Source: Candidatus Peregrinibacteria bacterium (GTDB lineage: Bacteria; Patescibacteriota; Gracilibacteria; UBA1369; UM-FILTER-53-11). From it: a DNA stretch of 64,000 nucleotides. The stretch lies in assembly GCA_016186205.1 (NCBI GenBank), contig JACPMA010000016.1:30978-94977 (forward strand). Direction: 5' to 3'. The position numbers and the translations under genes were made by a program. This document shows positions 27,745 through 36,044 of the stretch, piece after piece; within the stretch, counting starts at the first letter, position 1, and each line of letters opens with the position of its first letter. The notes under the pieces are model-generated. The model did no database searches, was not told where the DNA came from, and saw only the letters and a program-made list of their open reading frames with translations.

Positions 27745-28938
27745 ATGACCGAATTTAATATTAGAAAAATAGATAGTAAATTGCTCTTTCTGGTGAAGTC
27801 CTTAATAGGTGATTATAAAGAATCACAAGAGAAAGACAGCTCTACTCATCGCGGGGAAAAGTTTTTCAGTTTTATCGGTTTTGGCCATACCGACTCTTTA
27901 TGGAAGAAGATGCCCGATGAGGAATGGAGTGCGTATCTCACTAGTTTGTGTGTGGAGTATGGAATAATTAGAGAAATATATTTTGATATTCTTGATGAAG
28001 AGCGGGATACAGAAAACCCGATTAAATCAAAACATTATAAGTATGCTGGATCGGCTGAGTTTGAAGATTTTTTTAATTTTGGCATTTCAGCAGGCCGTGA
28101 CAATACAATATTTTGTTCAATAGATTTGAATTGCGAAAAAGCAAAGAGTTTTTTTGATGAATATTTGTTGAATTGGCTTAACGATAATTTGTTTAAGGAA
28201 AAGAAGAATCTGTTAAAAGCGGAAAAACAAATTGAGAAAATAATTGAAGATATTTATGCGCTTTTAGATCAGCATCCCGATAGAAATTTATTGGTACAGG
28301 AAAATATACTTCACAAAGAAGATATAGATTTTATTGCCGTCATGTACTTTTTAGAAAAAATGAAATACTTAGAAATATTAAATGTCGACGCTGGACAGTT
28401 TGAATATTGGATCATGCGTGTAAATATAAGTAAAAAATTCTATGAAGATTTTGAACGAGAAGGATGGATATTGAGCAATATAAAGTTTGATTTTAACTAT
28501 CTAAAAACAGGTAAAAAAACAACAATGAACAAAAAGGAAGATTTAGGAGAAATTATACAACAAAATAAAAAAGTACAGTCTCGTAAAACAGGTATAGAAA
28601 ATGAAATTGGTTTTTATAAGAACATTTGTACGGATTTTAAAGAAGGGAAGATTTGGATTGCTGGTAAAAGTAAGAAATCAAAAATGGCCGATTCTAAAAT
28701 GAGAAAACTATGGAAACTGCTTTTATTAAATGTAGGCGATGTATTCTCCTACGACAGAATCGCAACTGGATTGAATCTTACCAAGCAAATGGGACTTAAT
28801 CGTCTATCTTGTATTGAAAATTTGGCTCAAACAAAGAAAAATCTTATAGAGAGAATAGCGAAACTAGGTATTGATAGAAGCGTAGTGTCAGATTGGTTTA
28901 TTGATAACAATGGTTATGGATTGAAGAAAGAGGGGTAA
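27745..28938 (+). CDS. Hypothetical protein with a C-terminal OmpR/CadC-like winged-helix DNA-binding region
   Basis: First ATG in frame is at 27745 (the track start 27721 is TTG). The C-terminal segment KMRKLWKLLLLNVGDVFSYDRIATGL...NLIERIAKLGIDRSVV...NNGYGL resembles a Trans_reg_C winged helix. Confidence 0.5.
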   Translation: MTEFNIRKIDSKLLFLVKSLIGDYKESQEKDSSTHRGEKFFSFIGFGHTDSLWKKMPDEEWSAYLTSLCVEYGIIREIYFDILDEERDTENPIKSKHYKYAGSAEFEDFFNFGISAGRDNTIFCSIDLNCEKAKSFFDEYLLNWLNDNLFKEKKNLLKAEKQIEKIIEDIYALLDQHPDRNLLVQENILHKEDIDFIAVMYFLEKMKYLEILNVDAGQFEYWIMRVNISKKFYEDFEREGWILSNIKFDFNYLKTGKKTTMNKKEDLGEIIQQNKKVQSRKTGIENEIGFYKNICTDFKEGKIWIAGKSKKSKMADSKMRKLWKLLLLNVGDVFSYDRIATGLNLTKQMGLNRLSCIENLAQTKKNLIERIAKLGIDRSVVSDWFIDNNGYGLKKEG

Positions 28939-28989
28939 CAAGAAGATAACCAGAACTTAACCGTTGCAATTAGTTAGACTGACTTTGTC

Positions 28990-29008
28990 AGCCGTTCAGC
29001 GGCTTTTT
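28990..29008 (+). terminator. Rho-independent terminator-like hairpin
   Basis: AGCCG-ttcag-CGGCT followed by TTTTT, about 50 nt after the stop of the 27745..28938 gene. The stem is only 5 bp. Confidence 0.4.
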
Positions 29009-29158
29009 GACGTATCTAAATTATGGAAAGCCCCTACGAAAAATTAGTTGGTCGCAAACTTAAGCAGGAAGAGATTAAAAAAATGAGTTCTGATCTCGTG
29101 GGTTATTTCCAACTTTTAATCGCAGTCGACAGACAAACAACTGCCGACCTACTTAATT

Positions 29159-29473
29159 ATGAAAAAGAACGAAATCGTAATAACTGAAATTCAGATTGTG
29201 CCGATAAAGCCACAGGACGGGCTCATCGGTTTTGCAAGTTTCGTCCTGAATGGGTGCTTGTACCTAGGGTCGATCGGCATCCACACACGATTGGATGGAA
29301 GTGGGTTCCGTCTAACGTATCCCACAAAGGGTGCAATAAATATATTTCATCCAATCAACAAAGAAGTTTCCAAAGCAATTGAGGAAGCTGTTTTTGCTAA
29401 AGCTGAAGAAGTAATGAATTTTAACGATACACGTAATGATCGACACCGTGAGGCTGACTTTATTCAAAGATAA
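29159..29473 (+). CDS. SpoVG-like nucleic-acid-binding protein
   Basis: 104 aa. ITEIQIVPIKPQDGLIGFASFVLNGCLYLGSIGIHTRLDGSGFRLTYPTK...IFHPINKEVSKAIEEAV parallels the SpoVG core (recalled B. subtilis SpoVG). Confidence 0.6.
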   Translation: MKKNEIVITEIQIVPIKPQDGLIGFASFVLNGCLYLGSIGIHTRLDGSGFRLTYPTKGAINIFHPINKEVSKAIEEAVFAKAEEVMNFNDTRNDRHREADFIQR

Positions 29474-30578
29474 GTTCCGCATCTTCAAACCAGAGCTTTT
29501 TCATCCCCATGCTCACATTTTAGATGATCACATTCCTTATGGAGTACCCAAAGTCGATTGTTATCAAAATTCATCAAAAGCAGTCATCGCAAAAGGACTC
29601 TGCATGATAAAGCTCAGTGCAGTTAAACGCTTTGTTAAGGGTGGAGTTCAAACGACATTAACCGTGGAATTTTCGGCCCCGAAGCTAGTTTACGGAAACA
29701 ACCTTGATGAGCTTGAGCAAGGAGATTTTATTACAGTGCTAAAGATATTATGTAATCGCTTATCAAATGAAATGGGTGTTGTTGTAAGTGAAGAAGATCT
29801 GAAAGCAGCAACAGTCAGTGCAATACATTTTTCAAAAAACATTTCTTTTGTCGATTACACAACAGTAAATAGCATAATAAATTATACAAGGAAGATCAAT
29901 TTAACGAAAAGATTCGATCTAAATGAAACGAAGTTTCGCAATGAAGGATTAACTATTTATCATCACTCAAAATCTCTTCAATTTATTCTATACGATAAAA
30001 TCCGTGAGATGCAGAAGGTTAACGGAAGGGGAATCGAAGAAAATGTGCAATTGCATCTCGATATACTCGGTGAAGTAGAGAGTGCACACAAAGAACCTCT
30101 CGAAGTTTTACGGTCGGAACTTAGGATTTTGAAAAGACCCAAATTGAGGTCAATGTTGAAAAAAATTGGTGAACCCTACATAGAAACCTTCGAGGAATTT
30201 TTCAGTAAACGGCTTTCTCAAAAAATGCTTCAGCAATATTGGAATTTTATTATTGAAAAATTAAAACCGGTTATTTTTGCGGAAGATTTTACTCCACAAG
30301 AAGTTGTGAAATTAATATTACAGCAAAATCGACGAATCAAGCCTCAAGCTGCGTTGAGCTTGATCGGGATTTTTTACGCCATAAAGCACATAGGAATACG
30401 GCCGCTAAAAACAATGTTAAATACCTACTTTAATGCACGATCATGCAGCAGATTATTAAGCCAAATCAACGACTTTGAATTTCCTCAAAGCAGTCGATTT
30501 GAGCCATTTAACCATATTAGTAAGGCACTTTCAGAGTTTAAACCACTCAAAATGAAAGATTTGACCTTACCATTCTAA
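29436..30578 (+). CDS. Putative replication initiation protein (phage/plasmid gene II / Rep-like)
   Basis: 380 aa. The N-terminus MIDTVRLTLF resembles the MIDxLxL start of filamentous-phage/plasmid rolling-circle initiators. It sits between the SpoVG-like and recombinase genes. Weak assignment. Confidence 0.35.
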   Translation: MIDTVRLTLFKDKFRIFKPELFHPHAHILDDHIPYGVPKVDCYQNSSKAVIAKGLCMIKLSAVKRFVKGGVQTTLTVEFSAPKLVYGNNLDELEQGDFITVLKILCNRLSNEMGVVVSEEDLKAATVSAIHFSKNISFVDYTTVNSIINYTRKINLTKRFDLNETKFRNEGLTIYHHSKSLQFILYDKIREMQKVNGRGIEENVQLHLDILGEVESAHKEPLEVLRSELRILKRPKLRSMLKKIGEPYIETFEEFFSKRLSQKMLQQYWNFIIEKLKPVIFAEDFTPQEVVKLILQQNRRIKPQAALSLIGIFYAIKHIGIRPLKTMLNTYFNARSCSRLLSQINDFEFPQSSRFEPFNHISKALSEFKPLKMKDLTLPF

Positions 30579-30608
30579 CTTTATTATTATAATCTAACAT
30601 CATAATTT

Positions 30609-32147
30609 ATGAATGAAATTATTGAAAAAATATTGGAAAAATTAGCACTCGGATTAGCCCGAGTTTCAACCGAAGAGCAGGAAGATGGGCATACGATTCC
30701 CGCTCAAGTTCAGCGAATAAATGATTATGCAGCACAGAAAGGCCTAACCCTTGAAAAAGTTTTTGAGCTAACGGAATCGTCCACAAAAGCAGACAGGAAA
30801 AAATTCTGCGAGCTCTTTGAAATCATTAAACGCAGTAAAATTCCTGTAATTTTAATTGTTGAAACGGTGGACAGGCTGCAGCGTAGTTTTAGAGAATCCG
30901 TTGAGCTCGATGCTTTAAGAAAAGATGGAAAACTCGAAATCCACTTTTTACGAGAAAATCTTGTTATCAACAAGGATTCCAACAGCGTAGATATTATGCG
31001 CTGGGATCTCGCTGTTTTTGTCGCAAAGACTTACGTATTGCAGTTAAGCGACAATGTAAAACGCAGCTTGGAACAAAAGCTCCGCAACGGTGAATGGATT
31101 GGAAGAGCCCGCGTCGGATATTTGAACATTGATCTTCCGAACGAAAAGAAATCAGTAGTTCTTGATCCAGACAGGGCTCCACTCATAAAAAAAGCATTTG
31201 AATGGTATTCAACAGGGAATTATTCGACGAGCCAAATAACAACAATGCTTAAAGAGGCTGGACTCACCAATAATACGCCTAAGAAAGCCATCCTCAATAA
31301 AAGCACCGTAGCGGAAATGCTACAGGAACCTTTTTACTACGGTGAAATGAGGGTGAAGGGTAAACACTATCCTCATAATTATGAGCCTATTGTGGCACGT
31401 TGGTTATTCGACAAATGTCAGCAAGTACGTGAGGGCTGGCATAAAAAGCCTTTTAAGACTGGAGAAACTTTTTATGCCTTTAGAGGCCTAATTAAACACG
31501 ACTGCGGATGTTTACTCACTCCGTACACGAAAAAGGGAATTGTATATTTGAAGTGCTCGAAGTATCGCGGTAACTGCCAAGGGGTTAGTGTGAATGAAAA
31601 AGATTTGATTAAAGAACTTGCCGAGATTTTTCGTGTTATGCGTCCTCCAGATGATGTGGTGGAGGACGTTAAACAGCAATTACGCAGCAGCCATGAAAAT
31701 GAACAACGATTTTATGAGTCGAACATTCAACGTATCAACAAAGGACTTGCTACGATCAAACAGCGTTTCCAGCCCGCCTATGAGGACATGCTGGATGGCC
31801 GTATTACGAGGGACGAACACGACAAATTGGTGCAGAAATGGAAGCAGCAGGAAAGAGACCTCTTACTTCAACTTGAGGATCATTCAAAAGGGGATGAGCA
31901 GTTTTACATCACGGCTTCTTACCTGTTAGATATTTCAAAACGAGCACAGGAACTTTTCCTGCGTTCGCAACCGGAGCAAAAACGACAATTTTTGAATTTC
32001 GTACTTGCGAACTTAAGTTTGGAGGGCAAAAAGCTCGGCTACAAGCTGAAAGAACCATTTGCGGCTATGCACGAAATGGGTATTCGTATGAATTGGCTCC
32101 GGAGGTCGGACTCGAACCGACAACCCACTGGTTACACGAATCCTTAA
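30609..32147 (+). CDS. Large serine recombinase (integrase)
   Basis: 512 aa. Resolvase catalytic domain with LARVSTEEQ (catalytic Ser), recombinase domain, Cys-rich zinc-ribbon-like segment (CGCLLTPY...LKCSKYRGNC) and a coiled-coil tail. The last 54 nt overlap the tRNA-Asn 3' exon on the opposite strand. Confidence 0.85.
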   Translation: MNEIIEKILEKLALGLARVSTEEQEDGHTIPAQVQRINDYAAQKGLTLEKVFELTESSTKADRKKFCELFEIIKRSKIPVILIVETVDRLQRSFRESVELDALRKDGKLEIHFLRENLVINKDSNSVDIMRWDLAVFVAKTYVLQLSDNVKRSLEQKLRNGEWIGRARVGYLNIDLPNEKKSVVLDPDRAPLIKKAFEWYSTGNYSTSQITTMLKEAGLTNNTPKKAILNKSTVAEMLQEPFYYGEMRVKGKHYPHNYEPIVARWLFDKCQQVREGWHKKPFKTGETFYAFRGLIKHDCGCLLTPYTKKGIVYLKCSKYRGNCQGVSVNEKDLIKELAEIFRVMRPPDDVVEDVKQQLRSSHENEQRFYESNIQRINKGLATIKQRFQPAYEDMLDGRITRDEHDKLVQKWKQQERDLLLQLEDHSKGDEQFYITASYLLDISKRAQELFLRSQPEQKRQFLNFVLANLSLEGKKLGYKLKEPFAAMHEMGIRMNWLRRSDSNRQPTGYTNP

Positions 32148-32407
32148 ATTTCTTTAAGGGGTGGACTATATCTTTATCCGCAAAAGTGTGCACGTGCACA
32201 CTTTTGTGAGGACATCTTGGTATCTAGTCTCTACGGCGCCCCCTCACATTTTGCGATCCCGCAAAAGGCGAAGGGTTCCCACGGTATTACCCGGTCTGTA
32301 CGTACAGACTTTGGGCTTCACCGTTATCCCAAGAAGTTTCAACCTAAGTTGCCTTAGGAAGCTGCGTAATTTCACAGCCAGTTGCTCTACCATTGAGCTA
32401 CTCCGGA
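32094..32407 (-). tRNA. tRNA-Asn(GUU), split by a group I intron (exons 32374-32407 and 32094-32134)
   Basis: The joined exons give a 75-nt cloverleaf: UCCGGAG UA GCUC AAUGGUA GAGC A ACUGG CUGUUAA CCAGU GGGUU GUCGG UUCGAGU CCGAC CUCCGGA G CCA. U1-A72 and G73 match E. coli tRNA-Asn. Confidence 0.85.
32135..32373 (-). ncRNA. Group I intron (239 nt, no ORF)
   Basis: P1: exon GGCUGU pairs with intron GCAGCU, with a U.G wobble at the 5' splice site. P2 is CCUAAG-GCAA-CUUAGG. P3 is CUUGG/CCAAG. P4 is ACGGU/ACCGU. P6 is UUUUGCG-GGAU-CGCAAAA. Core GUAGAGACUAGA with P7 GACUA/UAGUC. P8 is a 13-bp hairpin. P9 is CCUUAAA-GAAA-UUUAAGG. The terminal nucleotide is G. Confidence 0.8.
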
Positions 32408-32464
32408 ATGATACGCACAAGAGGATGAAATCCTATTTGTGCGCTTTTACAATTAAGCGCGGCC

Positions 32465-33706
32465 TTATGGCCGCACCACCTTTACGAATCGTACAATCTC
32501 TCTTCCTACCACTGAATCTGGGCGTTCATATAAAAGAGAGGTCGTTTTTAAAGGAGCAAAAGTGGTTTTACTATAACCAAGACTTTCAATTTTCGCAACG
32601 ACATGCGAGGCGAGACTTTGTCGAGATGAGCCTTTTTTCCAATAAGGGAAAATAAAAACAACGGCTGTTTTTTTCGGCAGCCATTGCGCGAGGTTTTTGA
32701 AAAAATCCAAATATAATTTTTCAAGCTCGTCCATTAATTTTTTAAGAAAATTTTCCGCTGGGAATTGCGAAAGTGGGGGACCGAGAAACGGCTCGGTGAC
32801 CACGGCGAGCGAAAGCGAGCCGTTTTGCTGCTTGCCCCCCACGGGCGCTTTCGCAATAGCATCTGCGGCCGTAAGCGACCTTGCATCTTTTTGAAAAAGT
32901 TTTACATGCGTGTTCCCGGGCACACTTTTCGAAAACGTTTTTTGCAGCCAGTCAATGTTTTGGCGCGCGCCTTCAATGAGCCGCGCATCTTTATCGCTTC
33001 CAATTACTGAATATCCCATGAGCATGGCTTCCATTAAAATCGTGCCTGTGCCGCAAAATGGGTCGAGAATAGTAGCAGCCGAAGCAATCTCATTAGGGTT
33101 TGCGAGGTTTATCATAATTTGCGCTAATTTTGGCGGAAGCATGCCGACCGCAGGATCTCGAAACGGTTTTCCATAATCACGTTTTGAATAAGCCTCAAAA
33201 TCCTGCAGGGCGACCGTAGCGCCGAGCGTAACTTTTCCATCGCCCACATCGAGAATTCCGATATTTGTTTTGCTACCGATGAGCCCTTGTTTTGATGCAA
33301 ACACCGGACTGACATTTTGAAAATTCTTATTCATGAAATTTGCGCTGACGCCTTTCGCACGCAGATTTTTTTTCAGTCGCGTAAGCAAAAATTTCAACAC
33401 TTGTGATTTTTTATTTTCCGGCCAGAGATTGAGCGCAAACGCGCATTTTCCAGTATGCGCGCGAGATTGTTCCAGCAAAAATTTTTCAACATCATTAAGA
33501 ATATCCGCTTGAGGCAAATTTTCCGCAAAAATTTCCAGAATTTCCGTAGTGCCGCCGAGGCGATTCAAAAAATCCTGCGGTTTTTGCGGAAGTTCGCCGT
33601 CGAAAAAAATAGCATAATTTTTGCAAGAGCGAAGGCTTTGAAAAATCGCTCCAAGTTCAGCAATAGAAAGCTCCTGATTTCGCCCTAAGATAAACGCATA
33701 TTTCAT
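32465..33706 (-). CDS. Putative RNA methyltransferase (UPF0020/Trm11-like SAM-dependent MTase)
   Basis: Start moved to ATG 33706 (MKYAFILG...). SAM motif I DPFCGTGTILMEA, DKD acidic loop, and a motif IV-like VVTEPFLG. Lies 58 nt upstream of tRNA-Asn on the same strand. Confidence 0.6.
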   Translation of the reverse strand: MKYAFILGRNQELSIAELGAIFQSLRSCKNYAIFFDGELPQKPQDFLNRLGGTTEILEIFAENLPQADILNDVEKFLLEQSRAHTGKCAFALNLWPENKKSQVLKFLLTRLKKNLRAKGVSANFMNKNFQNVSPVFASKQGLIGSKTNIGILDVGDGKVTLGATVALQDFEAYSKRDYGKPFRDPAVGMLPPKLAQIMINLANPNEIASAATILDPFCGTGTILMEAMLMGYSVIGSDKDARLIEGARQNIDWLQKTFSKSVPGNTHVKLFQKDARSLTAADAIAKAPVGGKQQNGSLSLAVVTEPFLGPPLSQFPAENFLKKLMDELEKLYLDFFKNLAQWLPKKTAVVFIFPYWKKGSSRQSLASHVVAKIESLGYSKTTFAPLKTTSLLYERPDSVVGREIVRFVKVVRP

Positions 33707-33842
33707 ATCAAGTGCCAAAATGACATAAAGGCCAGTCCGGCACAAATCGAAAAACAAAAATTACCCTTCCGCGAATCTTTGATTCTATATATAAATAAAG
33801 CAATTGATAATTCATCATTCGTAATTTATTAATTCGTTCTAT

Positions 33843-34325
33843 ATGGCATTCTCTCTTAATCGCGCTCAACTCATCGGCAATGTGACTCGCGCTCCGGAAG
33901 TGCGTCTTGCCGGCGGCCAGAAAGTCGCCACCTTCGGCGTGGCCACAAATTTTTCATGGAAAGATCAAACCGGCCAGCGCAAGGATAGGGCTGAATTCCA
34001 TAATATTGTGGCGTGGCGAAAACTCGCGGAAATTTGCGAACAATATCTGCATAAGGGAAGCAAAGTATATATAGAGGGACGGATTCAGACGCGCGATTGG
34101 GAAGGGGAGGACGGCGTGAAGCGATATCGGACGGAAATTGTGTTGGACAATATGATTATGTTGGATAAAAAAGGAGATGCCGTTTCTGCGCCTATTTCAA
34201 ATGATGATGAACCGGCGGATCAGCCAGCAGATCGGCCGCAACGTAATATAAAGGTGGAGAAAAAGACCGCTAAAGAAGAGCAGCCACAGGAAGAAGAGGT
34301 TTCTATAGATGATTTGCCTTTTTAG
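33843..34325 (+). CDS. ssb: Single-stranded DNA-binding protein
   Basis: OB-fold N-terminus (NRAQLIGNVTRAPEVR...FHNIVAWRKLAE), acidic tail ending DDLPF. Confidence 0.9.
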   Translation: MAFSLNRAQLIGNVTRAPEVRLAGGQKVATFGVATNFSWKDQTGQRKDRAEFHNIVAWRKLAEICEQYLHKGSKVYIEGRIQTRDWEGEDGVKRYRTEIVLDNMIMLDKKGDAVSAPISNDDEPADQPADRPQRNIKVEKKTAKEEQPQEEEVSIDDLPF

Positions 34326-34392
34326 GAGAAAAGTGATAAAATAAAAGAACGGTAATAAGTAAAAGAAAAATAAAATTTAACAAACAAAAATT

Positions 34393-35760
34393 ATGGGAAA
34401 GCCTGATAAATCAGAGCCTGAATTACGACGAATAGAGCCAGCACCACCTTCTGGAGAACCCGAACCAGGGAGTCCAGAATCTATTGCAGCAATTACCAGG
34501 AGCTTTCCTGATAAGCAATCTGCAGCTGCAAGAGCAAGAGCTGAAGCGGAAGCTAAGCGGCGCGAAGGCGGCAAAGATGTAGCTGCTGCCGCAAAGGCTG
34601 TTAAGCAAGCGGAACAGCTCGGCAAAACAGCGCTTGATAAATTTAGCGGAGGCTGGAAGGATGCAAAAGAAGTTTCTGATCCGTCGTTTCGCGCGGGCGA
34701 AAAACTCGTCCTTACTGGGAATAGCGTAAATTTTAGAAAGGCCGACGAAGGAGATAGTGGCGTTCTAGCCCGTTTAAACAGGAATGCCGAATTTACAGTT
34801 GCCGACGATCCTGCAAAATCCGGCCAGCCGAAGATTCTCGAAAAAAATGGCGAGAGATTTGTTCTTGTGAAAGATACAAAAGACCGGGTCGGTTATGTTG
34901 CAGCTGCTTATCTCAAGCCGTTTCCGGAACGGGTTGCGGCAACGAAGGAACGAAGAGGAAGTATAGAAATTTCTGATGCAAGTATGTTTCGTGAACTTAT
35001 CATACATCAGCTGGAGAAGAAATTTCCCGGCGATGAAAATACTGCAAAGAGAGATCAGCTTTATACGAAATGGGATCAGGGATACCAATGGATTATGCGA
35101 ACTAAGCGCGATCAGCCATCGAGAGATGAGGCGCTCCAGCGGCTTTACGAAAATATGAATATTTTTGAAGAAGGAGCTGCGCCCGATCTTTATGCGGATA
35201 AAGTTAAAATGGAATTGGAATTCGCTTTGGGAGCGCGCCGCGCAGGGGCTACGGTTGAAGTTCCGGCCGGAATCAAAAATCCTGAAGACGCATTAAACGA
35301 CGCTCTTGCAAAGTTAGGATACGAAATCGGGATTTATTACGGGAAGGGGAGAATGAGCGTGGAGCAAATTAGGACGGCATTTAATATTCAAGGTGTAGCA
35401 GACAGTCATGGTAATAAATGGGGCGAGCCCGGATCGCGCGTGGTTTTTAATTACACGGACGGACGGATTTATTTTTATCCTCCGGAAAGCAAAAAAGAAA
35501 TGCGGACCGTTGCGGTGATTCAAGGCGCAGAGCATAGATTGCGGTATACAGAAGAAGCGCCCGGCGGTGTCCGGCAAGAAGAATATGATGCTGTAATGGA
35601 GCGTGCGCGTAAGCCGGAAAAGCAGCTTATGAGGGTGGAGGAAAAAGAACTTGCCATGAGACGTCCTCAAGATCCAGAAATGGCACAGTTATCAGCACAG
35701 CGATCCAGGGAATATACGGCCGCTTTGCAGAAAAAACAAGCAAAAGAAGCCGGCGTATAA
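34393..35760 (+). CDS. Hypothetical protein with an SH3b-like segment
   Basis: 455 aa. Charged low-complexity N-terminus. VNFRKADEGDSGVLARLNRNAEFTVADD...RVGYVAAAYLKP resembles a bacterial SH3 domain. First gene of a three-gene cluster. Confidence 0.5.
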   Translation: MGKPDKSEPELRRIEPAPPSGEPEPGSPESIAAITRSFPDKQSAAARARAEAEAKRREGGKDVAAAAKAVKQAEQLGKTALDKFSGGWKDAKEVSDPSFRAGEKLVLTGNSVNFRKADEGDSGVLARLNRNAEFTVADDPAKSGQPKILEKNGERFVLVKDTKDRVGYVAAAYLKPFPERVAATKERRGSIEISDASMFRELIIHQLEKKFPGDENTAKRDQLYTKWDQGYQWIMRTKRDQPSRDEALQRLYENMNIFEEGAAPDLYADKVKMELEFALGARRAGATVEVPAGIKNPEDALNDALAKLGYEIGIYYGKGRMSVEQIRTAFNIQGVADSHGNKWGEPGSRVVFNYTDGRIYFYPPESKKEMRTVAVIQGAEHRLRYTEEAPGGVRQEEYDAVMERARKPEKQLMRVEEKELAMRRPQDPEMAQLSAQRSREYTAALQKKQAKEAGV

Positions 35761-35795
35761 TTATAATTGTTATATAAAAATAAAACTTCAAGTCT

Positions 35796-36044
35796 ATGGT
35801 CGATCCAGTATTACTCGAAAAACTCAAGCAATTCATCCAGTCTTCCGTCAGTTTGACCGCTGACGCAAAGCAGGAATGGCTCAAGGCGGCTGAAAATTTT
35901 TCTGATGAACAAGCAAACAAGCTCATCGCTATTTTTGAAAATGAGCAGAAAAAAATAAAAGAAGCGGGAGATGATTATCTCCAGGATCAGGACCTCTTAG
36001 CGAATGAATTTTTGATAGTTCTCCCATCACTTACCAAAATATGA
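35796..36044 (+). CDS. Small hypothetical protein
   Basis: 82 aa. Its stop overlaps the ATG of the next gene (ATGA at 36041-36044). Confidence 0.45.
   Translation: MVDPVLLEKLKQFIQSSVSLTADAKQEWLKAAENFSDEQANKLIAIFENEQKKIKEAGDDYLQDQDLLANEFLIVLPSLTKI

Larger units (their letters stand above)
21889..32100. mobile_element. Integrated element of about 10.2 kb (serine-recombinase type) inserted at the 3' end of tRNA-Asn
   Basis: 8-bp direct repeat TTGGCTCC at 21889-21896 and 32093-32100, the latter being the tRNA 3' end. Recombinase gene lies adjacent to the tRNA. Interior is visibly more A+T-rich than the flanks. Cargo is HipA-like TA, type III R-M, Rep-like and SpoVG-like genes. Confidence 0.6.

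Noticed and set aside
27479-27745. 88-aa ORF over the GC-rich structured element, and the idea that the element is a retron msr/msd
   Set aside because: The ORF has no start context and is explained by the GC-rich hairpins. No reverse transcriptase gene (YxDD motif) is present anywhere nearby.
32161-32655. 164-aa plus-strand ORF covering the tRNA-Asn intron and 5' exon
   Set aside because: It lies entirely over the group I intron, the tRNA, and the antisense of the methyltransferase gene end. Its composition is implausible and it has no support as a homing endonuclease.
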